DNA from: Gemmatimonadota bacterium
GTDB lineage: Bacteria; Gemmatimonadota; Gemmatimonadetes; Gemmatimonadales; GWC2-71-9
Length of the DNA stretch: 64,000 nt
Assembly (NCBI GenBank): GCA_039588295.1
Contig: JBDHAB010000010.1
Coordinates: 1 to 64,000 of the forward strand
Reading direction: 5' to 3'
The notes under the pieces were generated by a model that had not been told where the DNA came from, ran no database searches, and saw nothing but the letters and a program-made list of their open reading frames with translations. The position numbers were made by a program, and so were the translations under genes. Numbering within the stretch: position 1 is the first letter of the stretch; each line of letters opens with the position of its first letter. This document shows positions 56,595-64,000 of the stretch, one piece after another.

Positions 56595-57068
56595 CTAGAG
56601 CTTGGAAAGCTCCGTGTTCACGCGTGCCTCTGACTCGGGATCGAGCGACGCTCGCGTGGTCTCCATGGGGGCCAGCCGCCGACTCGTCACGCGGAGCCAG
56701 AGGAGCAGCCCTATTCCCCCTGCCACGATGACGCCGATCGGGACGAGCCACGCCATGGCGCCCCGGGGCGACCCGAGGATCTCCTCACCATACGTGTCGT
56801 AGAGCTCGTCCAGCACATCCTGACGGCTGGCGCCCGCGTGGAGCTTGGCTCGGATAGCGTCTCGGAGATCGGCAGCCTCCGCCGACGGACAGTTGGACAG
56901 CAGGCGACCCGGACAGAACGGACTCATGACCGTGTTGAAGATGTAGCTCGCGTCCCGATCGACCGCTCGCTGGTCCTGCGCCTCCAGGCTCGCCAGCGCC
57001 AGCGGAGCAAGCGCGAGTAGCACGAGCATGGTTCGTCGACGTCGGTAGTTCGGCATCGCCCTCTCCAT
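56595..57068 (-). CDS. ccmH: CcmH/NrfF-like cytochrome c biogenesis protein
   Basis: Signal peptide; MSPFCPGRLLSNCPS..A..LR..I, YGEEIL..P, WLVP + TM helix. Confidence 0.75.
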   Translation of the reverse strand: MERAMPNYRRRRTMLVLLALAPLALASLEAQDQRAVDRDASYIFNTVMSPFCPGRLLSNCPSAEAADLRDAIRAKLHAGASRQDVLDELYDTYGEEILGSPRGAMAWLVPIGVIVAGGIGLLLWLRVTSRRLAPMETTRASLDPESEARVNTELSKL

Positions 57069-57264
57069 GATATGACCTCCTCCCCGCTCCCTTCTCCCAC
57101 AGCGTCACGGGCGTTCCCACCTCAACCAGACAGGAACGCTGCAGACAAATGATACGACCCCCCGTGAGCAGATGCGACTCCCGAGGGACGGTTGATCGTA
57201 CACCTTGCCACCGTTGTGGTTCGGCGAGACGTTTCGCCGTAGACGATCTGCGCCGAGGGAATCA

Positions 57265-57963
57265 ATGCGAGTCAGGTCTGGAACGAGCGGTTACGCGTAC
57301 AAAGCATGGAAGGGCAGCTTCTACCCGGATGACTTGCCGAACGACCAGATGCTGCAGTTCTACGGTACCCAGTTCTCGACCGTGGAGATCAACAACACCT
57401 TCTACCGTATGCCCTCCCAGAGAGTCTTGCTCCAGTGGGCTGACCAGGTGCCGGCCGACTTCGCGTTCGTGCTCAAGGCATCGCGCCGGATTACCCACCA
57501 ACTGCGTCTCAAGAACACCGAACAGCCGTTGCGCTACCTACTCGACAACGCCGCCTCCCTTGGCGCAAGGCTGGGCCCGATGCTGTTTCAGCTGCCGCCG
57601 AACCTCAAGAAGGACATGACGCGGTTACAGGAGTTCCTGGACCTCCTGCCGAAACACGGAAAGTTCGCGTTCGAGTTCCGGCACGAATCGTGGTTCGATG
57701 ACGATGTGTACGGCACCCTTGGAGCGGCGGATGCCGCGCTCTGCGTCGCAGACACGGAGGACGGCGCAACCCCGTTCGTGGCGACGGCGGCATTCGGCTA
57801 CCTGCGGCTGAGGCGGGAGCGGTACGCCAAGCGCGAGCTGGAGCGTTGGGCCAAGCAGGTGCTGGGCCAGCAGTGGAGCGAAGTGTTCGTGTTCTTCAAG
57901 CACGAAGACGAGGGGGCCGGCCCCAAACTCGCGAGACGGTTTCTCGAACAGGCCGGCGCCTGA
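57265..57963 (+). CDS. DUF72 (YecE-like) protein
   Basis: GTSGYAY..WKGSFYP, VEINNTFYRMP, F.FVLKA, LGPMLFQLPP, AFEFRH.SW, YLRLR, FFKHE. Start ATG 57265. Confidence 0.93.
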   Translation: MRVRSGTSGYAYKAWKGSFYPDDLPNDQMLQFYGTQFSTVEINNTFYRMPSQRVLLQWADQVPADFAFVLKASRRITHQLRLKNTEQPLRYLLDNAASLGARLGPMLFQLPPNLKKDMTRLQEFLDLLPKHGKFAFEFRHESWFDDDVYGTLGAADAALCVADTEDGATPFVATAAFGYLRLRRERYAKRELERWAKQVLGQQWSEVFVFFKHEDEGAGPKLARRFLEQAGA

Positions 57964-57983
57964 TCCACGGTCCGACCCACCCG

Positions 57984-58397
57984 TTAGCTGCCACCCAGCT
58001 TCCGAATTCGCTCCCACTGGCGCTTTGTCGCGGGAGAGACGGACAGGCGGGACATCCGGACGAGCGGCAGGTCTTCGAACGCCGAGTCCGCCTTGATGGT
58101 CTTCAAGTCAACCGGCGTCTTGAGTTGCCCCATCGCTTCGATGTCCACCACTACGAAGCGCGCGTCGCCTGCACCCGGGTCGGGATAGGGTTCCGACGTG
58201 ATCCGGGCTTCACCGATCACGGCCTTTTCCTTGCCCGAGTGATAGATGAACGCACGGTCCCCAGGGCTCATCCGTCTGAGGTGCTTGAGAGCTAGGTTGT
58301 TGCGCACTCCGTCCCACATCGTCGACCCGTCGCGCTCGAGCTGTTGATAGCTGTACGACGAAGGTTCCGTCTTGAGGATCCAGTAGTTCGCCATCAT
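57984..58397 (-). CDS. EVE domain-containing protein
   Basis: YWILKTEP, WDGVRN..A..HLR.M..GD.AFIYHSG, YPDP, LVRMSRLSV. Confidence 0.95.
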   Translation of the reverse strand: MMANYWILKTEPSSYSYQQLERDGSTMWDGVRNNLALKHLRRMSPGDRAFIYHSGKEKAVIGEARITSEPYPDPGAGDARFVVVDIEAMGQLKTPVDLKTIKADSAFEDLPLVRMSRLSVSPATKRQWERIRKLGGS

Positions 58398-58401
58398 GAC
58401 C

Positions 58402-59103
58402 TCACAGAGCTTCGATCCACTGCACGGCGACGTCGGTCAGTTCATCCATCACGTGCTCCTGAGTTCTACCCGAGCGCTTCAGGACCTTGAACGAGTGGTC
58501 GCCCCCCTCAACGAGATAGAGCGTCGCCCGAGATCCCAGCCGCTGGCACAGCGGTCGCAGGAACTCCAAATCGGCGAACGCATCGCGCGTGCCTTGGAGG
58601 AACAACATTGGCAGCCCGACGTTCACCAAATGCTCGCCTCGAGTCACGCTCGGTTTGCCGGGTGCGTGAAGCGGGAATCCAAAGAATACCAGGCCCTGCA
58701 CACCCGGGAGCGTCTCGTCCGCAGCAGCTTGCGACGTCATCCGGCCGCCGAACGATTTCCCCCCGGCGACGATGGGCACGTCCGGCACCCGCGCCCGGGC
58801 CGCGGCGACGGCGGCCCGAACCGTTGCTTGCGCAATCGCGGGTGAATCCGGACGATTGCGACCAGCCTCCATGTAGGGAAACTGATACCGCCATGTGGCC
58901 ACTCGGTATGCGCTGAAGGCGTCTGCCACCGCCGCGAGAAACGGATGGCGCATTCCCGCGCCCGCGCCGTGGGCGAGCACGAGGAGCGCGCCGGGATTGG
59001 GAGGCTGCGTCAGAAGCGCCGATACTGGACCCTGCGACCCCGCGTCGAAGGTCAGCGTTCGCATGACCGGCCGCTCCGGGCGCTTGCGGTGCTTCGAGCT
59101 CAT
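58402..59103 (-). CDS. Alpha/beta hydrolase (KANL3/Tex30-like)
   Basis: LAHGAGAGM, FPYME, GGKSFGGR nucleophile, GFPLH, QGTRD, GGDHSF; ATGA overlap with the ligD stop. Confidence 0.88.
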   Translation of the reverse strand: MSSKHRKRPERPVMRTLTFDAGSQGPVSALLTQPPNPGALLVLAHGAGAGMRHPFLAAVADAFSAYRVATWRYQFPYMEAGRNRPDSPAIAQATVRAAVAAARARVPDVPIVAGGKSFGGRMTSQAAADETLPGVQGLVFFGFPLHAPGKPSVTRGEHLVNVGLPMLFLQGTRDAFADLEFLRPLCQRLGSRATLYLVEGGDHSFKVLKRSGRTQEHVMDELTDVAVQWIEAL

Positions 59104-61622
59104 TGTGCCTCCTGCAGTCGACTCAGCGCGCGCGCCAAATCTGGCTTGCTTTCCAACACCTCGCGTAACGGATCCTGGCCAAGACGTTTCATCCGGCGCA
59201 CCGCATTGCGAATCGTGAAGCGATCGACGGTGAGCCGGCGGTTCACCTCCCCCCACCGCAATGGCATGGAGACCGGAGCTCCGGGAACCGGCCGAACACA
59301 GAACGGCGCCACGAGCAACTTCCCGTGACCGTTCTGCAGGTAGTCCACGTACACGCGCCCGTCGCGTCGGGTTGGCGAGCGTGCGATCGTGGCGATCTCG
59401 GGGAGCTCGGACACAACAACTCGCGCCAGCAGCTCGCCCAGGGTACGTGATTGTTCATGGGTGCACTGACGTCCCAGCGGGAGCAGCACATGCAGGCCCT
59501 TCGATCCGCTCGTCTTCACGAAGTTGGGGAGCTCGATGTCCTCACACAACCGATGGACCACCCGCGCGATCTCTACCACATCCGTGAACGGCGCCTCACC
59601 GGGATCCAAGTCGAGGATGCACCAGTCGGGTCGCTCGAGCGAGCTGACACGGCTGGCCCAGACGTGCAGCGGGATCGAGCCCAAGTTGATGACGAACAGC
59701 AGGGACGACTCGTCGTCACAGACGAAGTACCTCAGTTCGCGCTCGCCCTGGTCACTCCACACACGCTCCGTGCGAAACCAGTCGGGTGCAAAGTCCGGCG
59801 CGTCTTTCTGAAAGAAGGACTTGCCCGTGATCCCATCCGGATATCGTGTCATCACCAGCGGACGGTCCCGCAGGTACGGCAAGATCCACGGTGCAATGCG
59901 GCGATAGTACTCGATCAGATCGCCCTTGGTGTAGCCCTCTTCGGGCCAGAACACCTTGTCCAGATTGGTGAACCGCAACTCGGCAACTTGGACCGACGCT
60001 GAGGCTACGGTTTCCGGCAAGTCTGCTTCGTCCCCATCCCGTCTCCTGGGACCGGGGTGCTCACAGTCCTTGGGCAGCTTGTCGTCCCGAAAGCGCAGGA
60101 ACACCGGCTGCCGCAGCAGCGTCTCGTCGGTCCACTCCTTGTAGCGGACCTCGCACACCACCGCCGGCTCCACCCAGACGTGCCCGGCTCCGCTCGGAGC
60201 GCCGGCGCACGGCGCATCCGGTCGCCGCGTGTTCTCGAGCGCCTGCCGTACTTGATGCAGCTCCGCCTCGGCGAAACCGCTCCCCGCCCTCCCGACGTAC
60301 ACCAACTCCTCTCCGTCGTAGGCTCCGAGGTGCAGCGCACCGAAGCCCGAGCGCGAGCCCTTGGGCTCGGTGAACCCCACCACCACAAAGTCGTCCGTGC
60401 GGTCGGACCGTACCTTGATCCACTGGGCGGAGCGGCCCGCTCGGTACTTGGAATCCGCCTTCTTGGCGACGACGCCTTCAAGGCCGAGTTTGCGAACTTC
60501 CTCGAAGAATGCCTCTCCGTGCTGGTCGATATGGTCGGCGTAGCGAATGGGACCCACCGTCGGCAGCAGCTCTCGGAGCACGGATTTCCGCTCGACGAGA
60601 GGCAGAGACCGCAGATCGAAATCCTCGAAGCCCAAGAGATCGAAGGCGTAGAACGTCGCGGGGTGCGCCGCGGCCGCCCGTCGAATGTCGATAGGGCGGT
60701 TGAACCGGGCGCGCTTCTGCAGGCGCTGAAAGCTCGGCCGCCCGGACTCGTCGTGCACCACCACCTCTCCGTCCAGCACCAGGCCATCGAATGGCAGGTG
60801 CCGAAGCGTCCGCGCGATCTCCGGAAACGCCTGCGTAGCGTCCCGGCCGCTCCGTGTGAGTAGCAGCGGCTCGCCACCGTCGAGCGATGCGACGAGGCGA
60901 TACCCGTCGTACTTGAGCTCGAAGACCCAGTTGGGCTTTGAGAACGGACGTACCCGCGTTTCGGCGAGCATGAACTCGACATCCTCCGCTCGAACGGTGC
61001 GCCGCTTCGCCTGCCCACCATGCAGCGCCGCACGGATGTCTTCCTCGGGCGCGGCTCCTTCCCCCAGCTGCTCCACGGTCAAACCCGACAGAATGGAATC
61101 CTCCGCGAACTCCTCGTCACGGTCAGCCGCAAGGTGATCCCGCTCCTTGATCAGCAGCCAGTCCTTCTCACTCTTCTTGATCTTCACGAGCGTCCAGGCC
61201 CCGCGGAGTTTATAGCCGCGCAACTCAAACAGGAGCTTCCCCTTCTCGAATCCCTCGGCGACGTCGGACAGCGGGACCCACACGCCCCGGTCCCACACGA
61301 TCATGGCGCCGGCGCCATAGTTGCCCTCGGGAATCAACCCCTCGAAGTCCACATACTCAATCGGGTGGTCCTCGACCTTGACGGCGAGGCGTTTGTCGGT
61401 GGGATCCCGCGACGGTCCTTTGGGCACCGCCCACGACTCCAGGACGCCGCCTAACTCGAGCCGCAGATCGTAGTGGAGCTGTCGCGCGGCGTGCTTGTGT
61501 ACCACGAACACCTGGGCTCCCGTGTCGCCGACGGTTCCTGCCGGCTCGGGCGTCCGGTCCACCGCGCGCTTGGCACGGTAGCCACCAAGGCGATTCGCGT
61601 TCTTGTCCTGCTTGTCAGGCAT
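59100..61622 (-). CDS. ligD: DNA ligase D (phosphoesterase-ligase-polymerase)
   Basis: PE: HAARQLHYDLRLE, WAVPKGPS, VEDHP..Y..FEG; ligase: ELKYDGYR, LDGE, EGVVAK, WIKVR; polymerase: RYPDG, FFQK, DLDP, KTSGSKGLH, VDYLQN. Start ATG 61622. Confidence 0.97.
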   Translation of the reverse strand: MPDKQDKNANRLGGYRAKRAVDRTPEPAGTVGDTGAQVFVVHKHAARQLHYDLRLELGGVLESWAVPKGPSRDPTDKRLAVKVEDHPIEYVDFEGLIPEGNYGAGAMIVWDRGVWVPLSDVAEGFEKGKLLFELRGYKLRGAWTLVKIKKSEKDWLLIKERDHLAADRDEEFAEDSILSGLTVEQLGEGAAPEEDIRAALHGGQAKRRTVRAEDVEFMLAETRVRPFSKPNWVFELKYDGYRLVASLDGGEPLLLTRSGRDATQAFPEIARTLRHLPFDGLVLDGEVVVHDESGRPSFQRLQKRARFNRPIDIRRAAAAHPATFYAFDLLGFEDFDLRSLPLVERKSVLRELLPTVGPIRYADHIDQHGEAFFEEVRKLGLEGVVAKKADSKYRAGRSAQWIKVRSDRTDDFVVVGFTEPKGSRSGFGALHLGAYDGEELVYVGRAGSGFAEAELHQVRQALENTRRPDAPCAGAPSGAGHVWVEPAVVCEVRYKEWTDETLLRQPVFLRFRDDKLPKDCEHPGPRRRDGDEADLPETVASASVQVAELRFTNLDKVFWPEEGYTKGDLIEYYRRIAPWILPYLRDRPLVMTRYPDGITGKSFFQKDAPDFAPDWFRTERVWSDQGERELRYFVCDDESSLLFVINLGSIPLHVWASRVSSLERPDWCILDLDPGEAPFTDVVEIARVVHRLCEDIELPNFVKTSGSKGLHVLLPLGRQCTHEQSRTLGELLARVVVSELPEIATIARSPTRRDGRVYVDYLQNGHGKLLVAPFCVRPVPGAPVSMPLRWGEVNRRLTVDRFTIRNAVRRMKRLGQDPLREVLESKPDLARALSRLQEAQ

Positions 61623-61719
61623 CGGGGTTGGCGCACCTCGGATCGGTTCCGGCCGCATAATCTGGACGGTAAGGCAAACAAAGACAATGCGTTAGGGGGA
61701 AGGGCCCGGCACGCGATTC

Positions 61720-61748
61720 TTGCCAGCGGGCCCGGAAGCCCTTATAGT
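61720..61748 (+). promoter_or_regulatory. Candidate sigma70 promoter for ku
   Basis: TTGCCA-N17-TATAGT ending 10 nt before the ku ATG. Confidence 0.6.
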
Positions 61749-61758
61749 GACTCCCCTT

Positions 61759-62619
61759 ATGAGCGCACGCCCCATCAGTACCGCAACGGTCTCCTTCGGA
61801 CTCGTGTCCGTCCCGGTCAAGCTGTATTCGGCGGCCGAGTCTGCGTCTCGGATCTCGTTCAACTGGCTCCACAAGGACTGTGGCTCCCGACTGCGCCAGC
61901 AGTACGTCTGCAAACAACATGGCGAAGGGGTGGAGAAGGAGGACATGGTCAAGGGCTATGAATTCGCCAAGGAGCAGTATGTCGTCTTCACGCCCGAGGA
62001 GCTCAAGGCGCTGGAGCAGCGTTCCACCGAGTCCATCGAGATCGTGGAGTTCGTGCCGGCGGATCAGGTCGAGCGCCGCCTCCTCGCCAAGGTCTACTAC
62101 CTCGGTCCCGACAAAGGTGGCGATCGAGCCTATCGCCTGCTGAGCAAGGCGTTGCAGGAAACCGGATTGTCCGCCCTCGCCAAGTATGCGGCGCGCGGCA
62201 AGCAGTACCTCGTCCTCGTCAGGCCGCAAGACGACGGGCTCGTCATGGAGCAGCTGTACTACGCCGACGAAGTCCGGCCGTTTTCCGAAGTGCCGCTCGG
62301 GGAGGGAGAGGTCAAGAGCGACGAGCTCAAGCTCGCGGTGCAGCTCATCGAGCAGGCCGCGTCCGACACGTTCCGACCCGAGAACTACGAGGACGAGGTT
62401 CGCAAGCGGACCCTGGAGCAGATCGAGCAGAAAGTTGCCGGTGAGGAGATCACCGCGGCACCGACCGAAGAGCCGAAGACACAGATCATCGATCTGATGG
62501 CTGCGCTCAAAGCGAGCTTGGCGAAGAGTGAGGAGCGGGCACCCGGGCGAAAGGCGGCCAAGCGCGCAGCCGCCGGACAGCGGAAGGCGACCTCCACGCG
62601 CCGCCGCAAGAAGGCCTGA
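61759..62619 (+). CDS. ku: Non-homologous end joining protein Ku
   Basis: SFGLVSVPVKLYSA, VKGYE, YYLGPD, AYRLL..AL, LYYADEVR, IDLMAALKASL, basic C-terminal tail. Confidence 0.97.
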   Translation: MSARPISTATVSFGLVSVPVKLYSAAESASRISFNWLHKDCGSRLRQQYVCKQHGEGVEKEDMVKGYEFAKEQYVVFTPEELKALEQRSTESIEIVEFVPADQVERRLLAKVYYLGPDKGGDRAYRLLSKALQETGLSALAKYAARGKQYLVLVRPQDDGLVMEQLYYADEVRPFSEVPLGEGEVKSDELKLAVQLIEQAASDTFRPENYEDEVRKRTLEQIEQKVAGEEITAAPTEEPKTQIIDLMAALKASLAKSEERAPGRKAAKRAAAGQRKATSTRRRKKA

Positions 62620-62850
62620 GCGAGCCCGGCGCTCACTCCGAGCGCCACTGAGCATCTGAGTTCCGCTCGGCCCGTCCCGCACTTCAGGTCACCATCAGTC
62701 CGACCCACCCGAAGTACGAGAGAGGACGTTCGCATCCCTCGGGATCCGGGAGATAGGCACCTCCAAGCAGTCACCGCTTGACCATCGAGGGATGCGGGCG
62801 TACTTCACCTCCTCCAGGGACACAACGACTCAAGCCACGGAGGCGTACCG

Positions 62851-63279
62851 ATGAAATCCGAGGATGGGATGTTTCAAAATCTCGCGCACAACGCCTTACG
62901 GATCGCCGTCGGTCTGATGTTCTTCACCCACGGTGCCCAGAAGCTGTTGGGCTGGTTCGGTGGGTTCGGCGATGGCGGCACAGCGGAGCTGCTCTCGCGC
63001 TTTGGTGTTGCCGGGGTGCTGGAGACCTTCGGTGGTCTTGCCATCATCTTCGGCCTGTTCACGCGGCCTGTCGCGTTCGTCCTCTCCGGCCAGATGGCGG
63101 TGGCCTATTTCTGGATCCATGCGGGTCGCGGCGGCATCTGGTGGTGGGAGAACCGCGGTGAAGTCGTGGCGCTCTACGCATTCGTATTCCTGTTTCTCTC
63201 GGCCGTCGGCGGCGGGAATCTCAGCCTCGATCGGTGGCTGAAGCAGCGCCGCACATCGCCGGAGCCGAGTGGAGCGTAG
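62851..63279 (+). CDS. DoxX family membrane protein
   Basis: LRIAVGLMFFTHGAQKL.G, GVLE..GG, GLFTRPVAF.LSGQMAVAYF..H, N.GE, SLD. Confidence 0.92.
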   Translation: MKSEDGMFQNLAHNALRIAVGLMFFTHGAQKLLGWFGGFGDGGTAELLSRFGVAGVLETFGGLAIIFGLFTRPVAFVLSGQMAVAYFWIHAGRGGIWWWENRGEVVALYAFVFLFLSAVGGGNLSLDRWLKQRRTSPEPSGA

Positions 63280-63387
63280 GCAGTCCCGTGCAGACTGGGC
63301 CGAGCGAGTCCACCGAGTGGGCAGAACTTTTCGACCCCCGACGCCGTTGGTACTGTTAGATCCGACCTGACGCTGCTCGAGTAAACC

Positions 63388-64000
63388 ATGGCCCAAAAGA
63401 ACATAGCCGCTGCCCTCACCCCGTCGGACGCCCCGGCGGCTGGGACGTTGATCTCACTGCCCGCCGACGTGCTCGAGCAGTCCTGCAAACGAGTCGCTGC
63501 GCTCGGCGTCGTGTTGGCCGTCCTCTGGGCGTTCGCGCTCTTCAAGGGGAACGTGGTCACCCCGGCGTTCACGGAAGACATGCCGATTCACGGCCATGCG
63601 TTTCCGTGGCCCGGGAATCTCATCGCGATCGTCGGTCTCGGGATGTCACTCGGGCTGGTGGTACTGGCCGGCCGCCTGCACCACCGCCCCAACTTCCTGC
63701 TCGACCTCAGCTTGGGGTTCTATGTCGCGACTGCGTTGCTGATCGGCATCCTGAACCAGTGGCAGCCGGAGCTCCACCCCGGCCACATCTCCTGGATCTG
63801 CGTTGTCATTCTCGCCTATCCGGCCATCGCCCCAAATACGCCGGGCAAGATCCTTGTCGCGGGCCTCATCGCGGCATCCATGGACCCGCTGGGTCTCCTC
63901 CTTGCCGGTCTTCGTGGCGCGGAGATGCCGGAGACGCAGCTCGCACTGTTCTGGAGTTTTCTGCCGAACTACATCTGTGCGCTGATCGCCGTCGTGCCGG
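63388..64000 (+). CDS. Multi-pass membrane protein, 3' truncated; probable N-terminal sensor of a Ser/Thr kinase
   Basis: Not in the ORF track (no stop in window). Translated by hand: MAQKNIAAAL...SLPADVLEQSCKRV...ISWICVVILAYPAIAP...AASMDP...LPNYICALIAVVP, several TM segments. Kinase assignment is recalled family resemblance; no kinase domain lies inside the window. Confidence 0.6.
   Translation, partial: MAQKNIAAALTPSDAPAAGTLISLPADVLEQSCKRVAALGVVLAVLWAFALFKGNVVTPAFTEDMPIHGHAFPWPGNLIAIVGLGMSLGLVVLAGRLHHRPNFLLDLSLGFYVATALLIGILNQWQPELHPGHISWICVVILAYPAIAPNTPGKILVAGLIAASMDPLGLLLAGLRGAEMPETQLALFWSFLPNYICALIAVVP

Noticed and set aside
57265..58397. EVE + DUF72 as a modification-dependent restriction or anti-phage system
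   Set aside because: EVE is stand-alone with no fused or adjacent nuclease or ATPase, and the two genes are convergent rather than co-transcribed.
62520..62619. Basic low-complexity C-terminal tail of Ku as a novelty
   Set aside because: Lys/Arg/Ala-rich C-terminal tails are an established feature of bacterial Ku.
62778..62806. Sigma70 promoter for doxX (TTGACC-N17-TACTTC)
   Set aside because: The -10 element lacks the conserved final T; too weak to call.
1..64000. CRISPR array, rRNA, tRNA, transposase, integrase or prophage genes
   Set aside because: No regularly spaced direct repeats, no convincing cloverleaf or rRNA-like segment and no mobile-element motifs seen by eye; nearly all sequence is accounted for by ordinary CDS.

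Overview
High-GC (roughly 65% by eye), gene-dense bacterial chromosome segment with no rRNA, tRNA, CRISPR array or recognisable mobile element. Gene content (SusC/SusD pair, barrel-less CarboxypepD_reg+plug proteins, membrane-anchored kinase-type N-terminus) suggests Gemmatimonadota; this is an inference. From left to right: (1) a partial D-aminoacylase-like gene, two tandem paralogous outer-membrane proteins, MOSC and msrB; (2) a Na+-pumping decarboxylase module (divergent biotin ligase, oadG-oadA-oadB, malic enzyme), with a hairpin before oadG that resembles the Na+-sensing DUF1646 riboswitch; (3) a ~38 kb region (10.5-48.5 kb) centred on SusC/SusD-YkvI-GntR with no glycosidases but many mostly exported enzymes from D-amino-acid/peptide families: seven SxxK serine hydrolases (one fused to a VanX-type dipeptidase, one a class A beta-lactamase fold lacking Glu166), three atypical D-aminoacylases, two M55 D-aminopeptidases, CocE/NonD, M28, M14, a racemase, an opine dehydrogenase and a D-cysteine desulfhydrase-like enzyme. 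This looks like a PUL-like 'D-peptide utilisation locus' and is the best candidate for an undescribed system; (4) mixed genes (YbaK, a structured intergenic region with an orphan terminator, PPC-repeat protein, permease-EIIA-RCK fusion, TreT-like glycosyltransferase, beta-propeller, orphan CcmH); (5) an NHEJ locus (ku, ligD) where ligD is translationally coupled to an alpha/beta hydrolase followed by an EVE protein, converging on DUF72. All calls come from reading motifs by eye; no database searches were run. Several starts were moved downstream of the ORF track, using RBS position or the family N-terminus.
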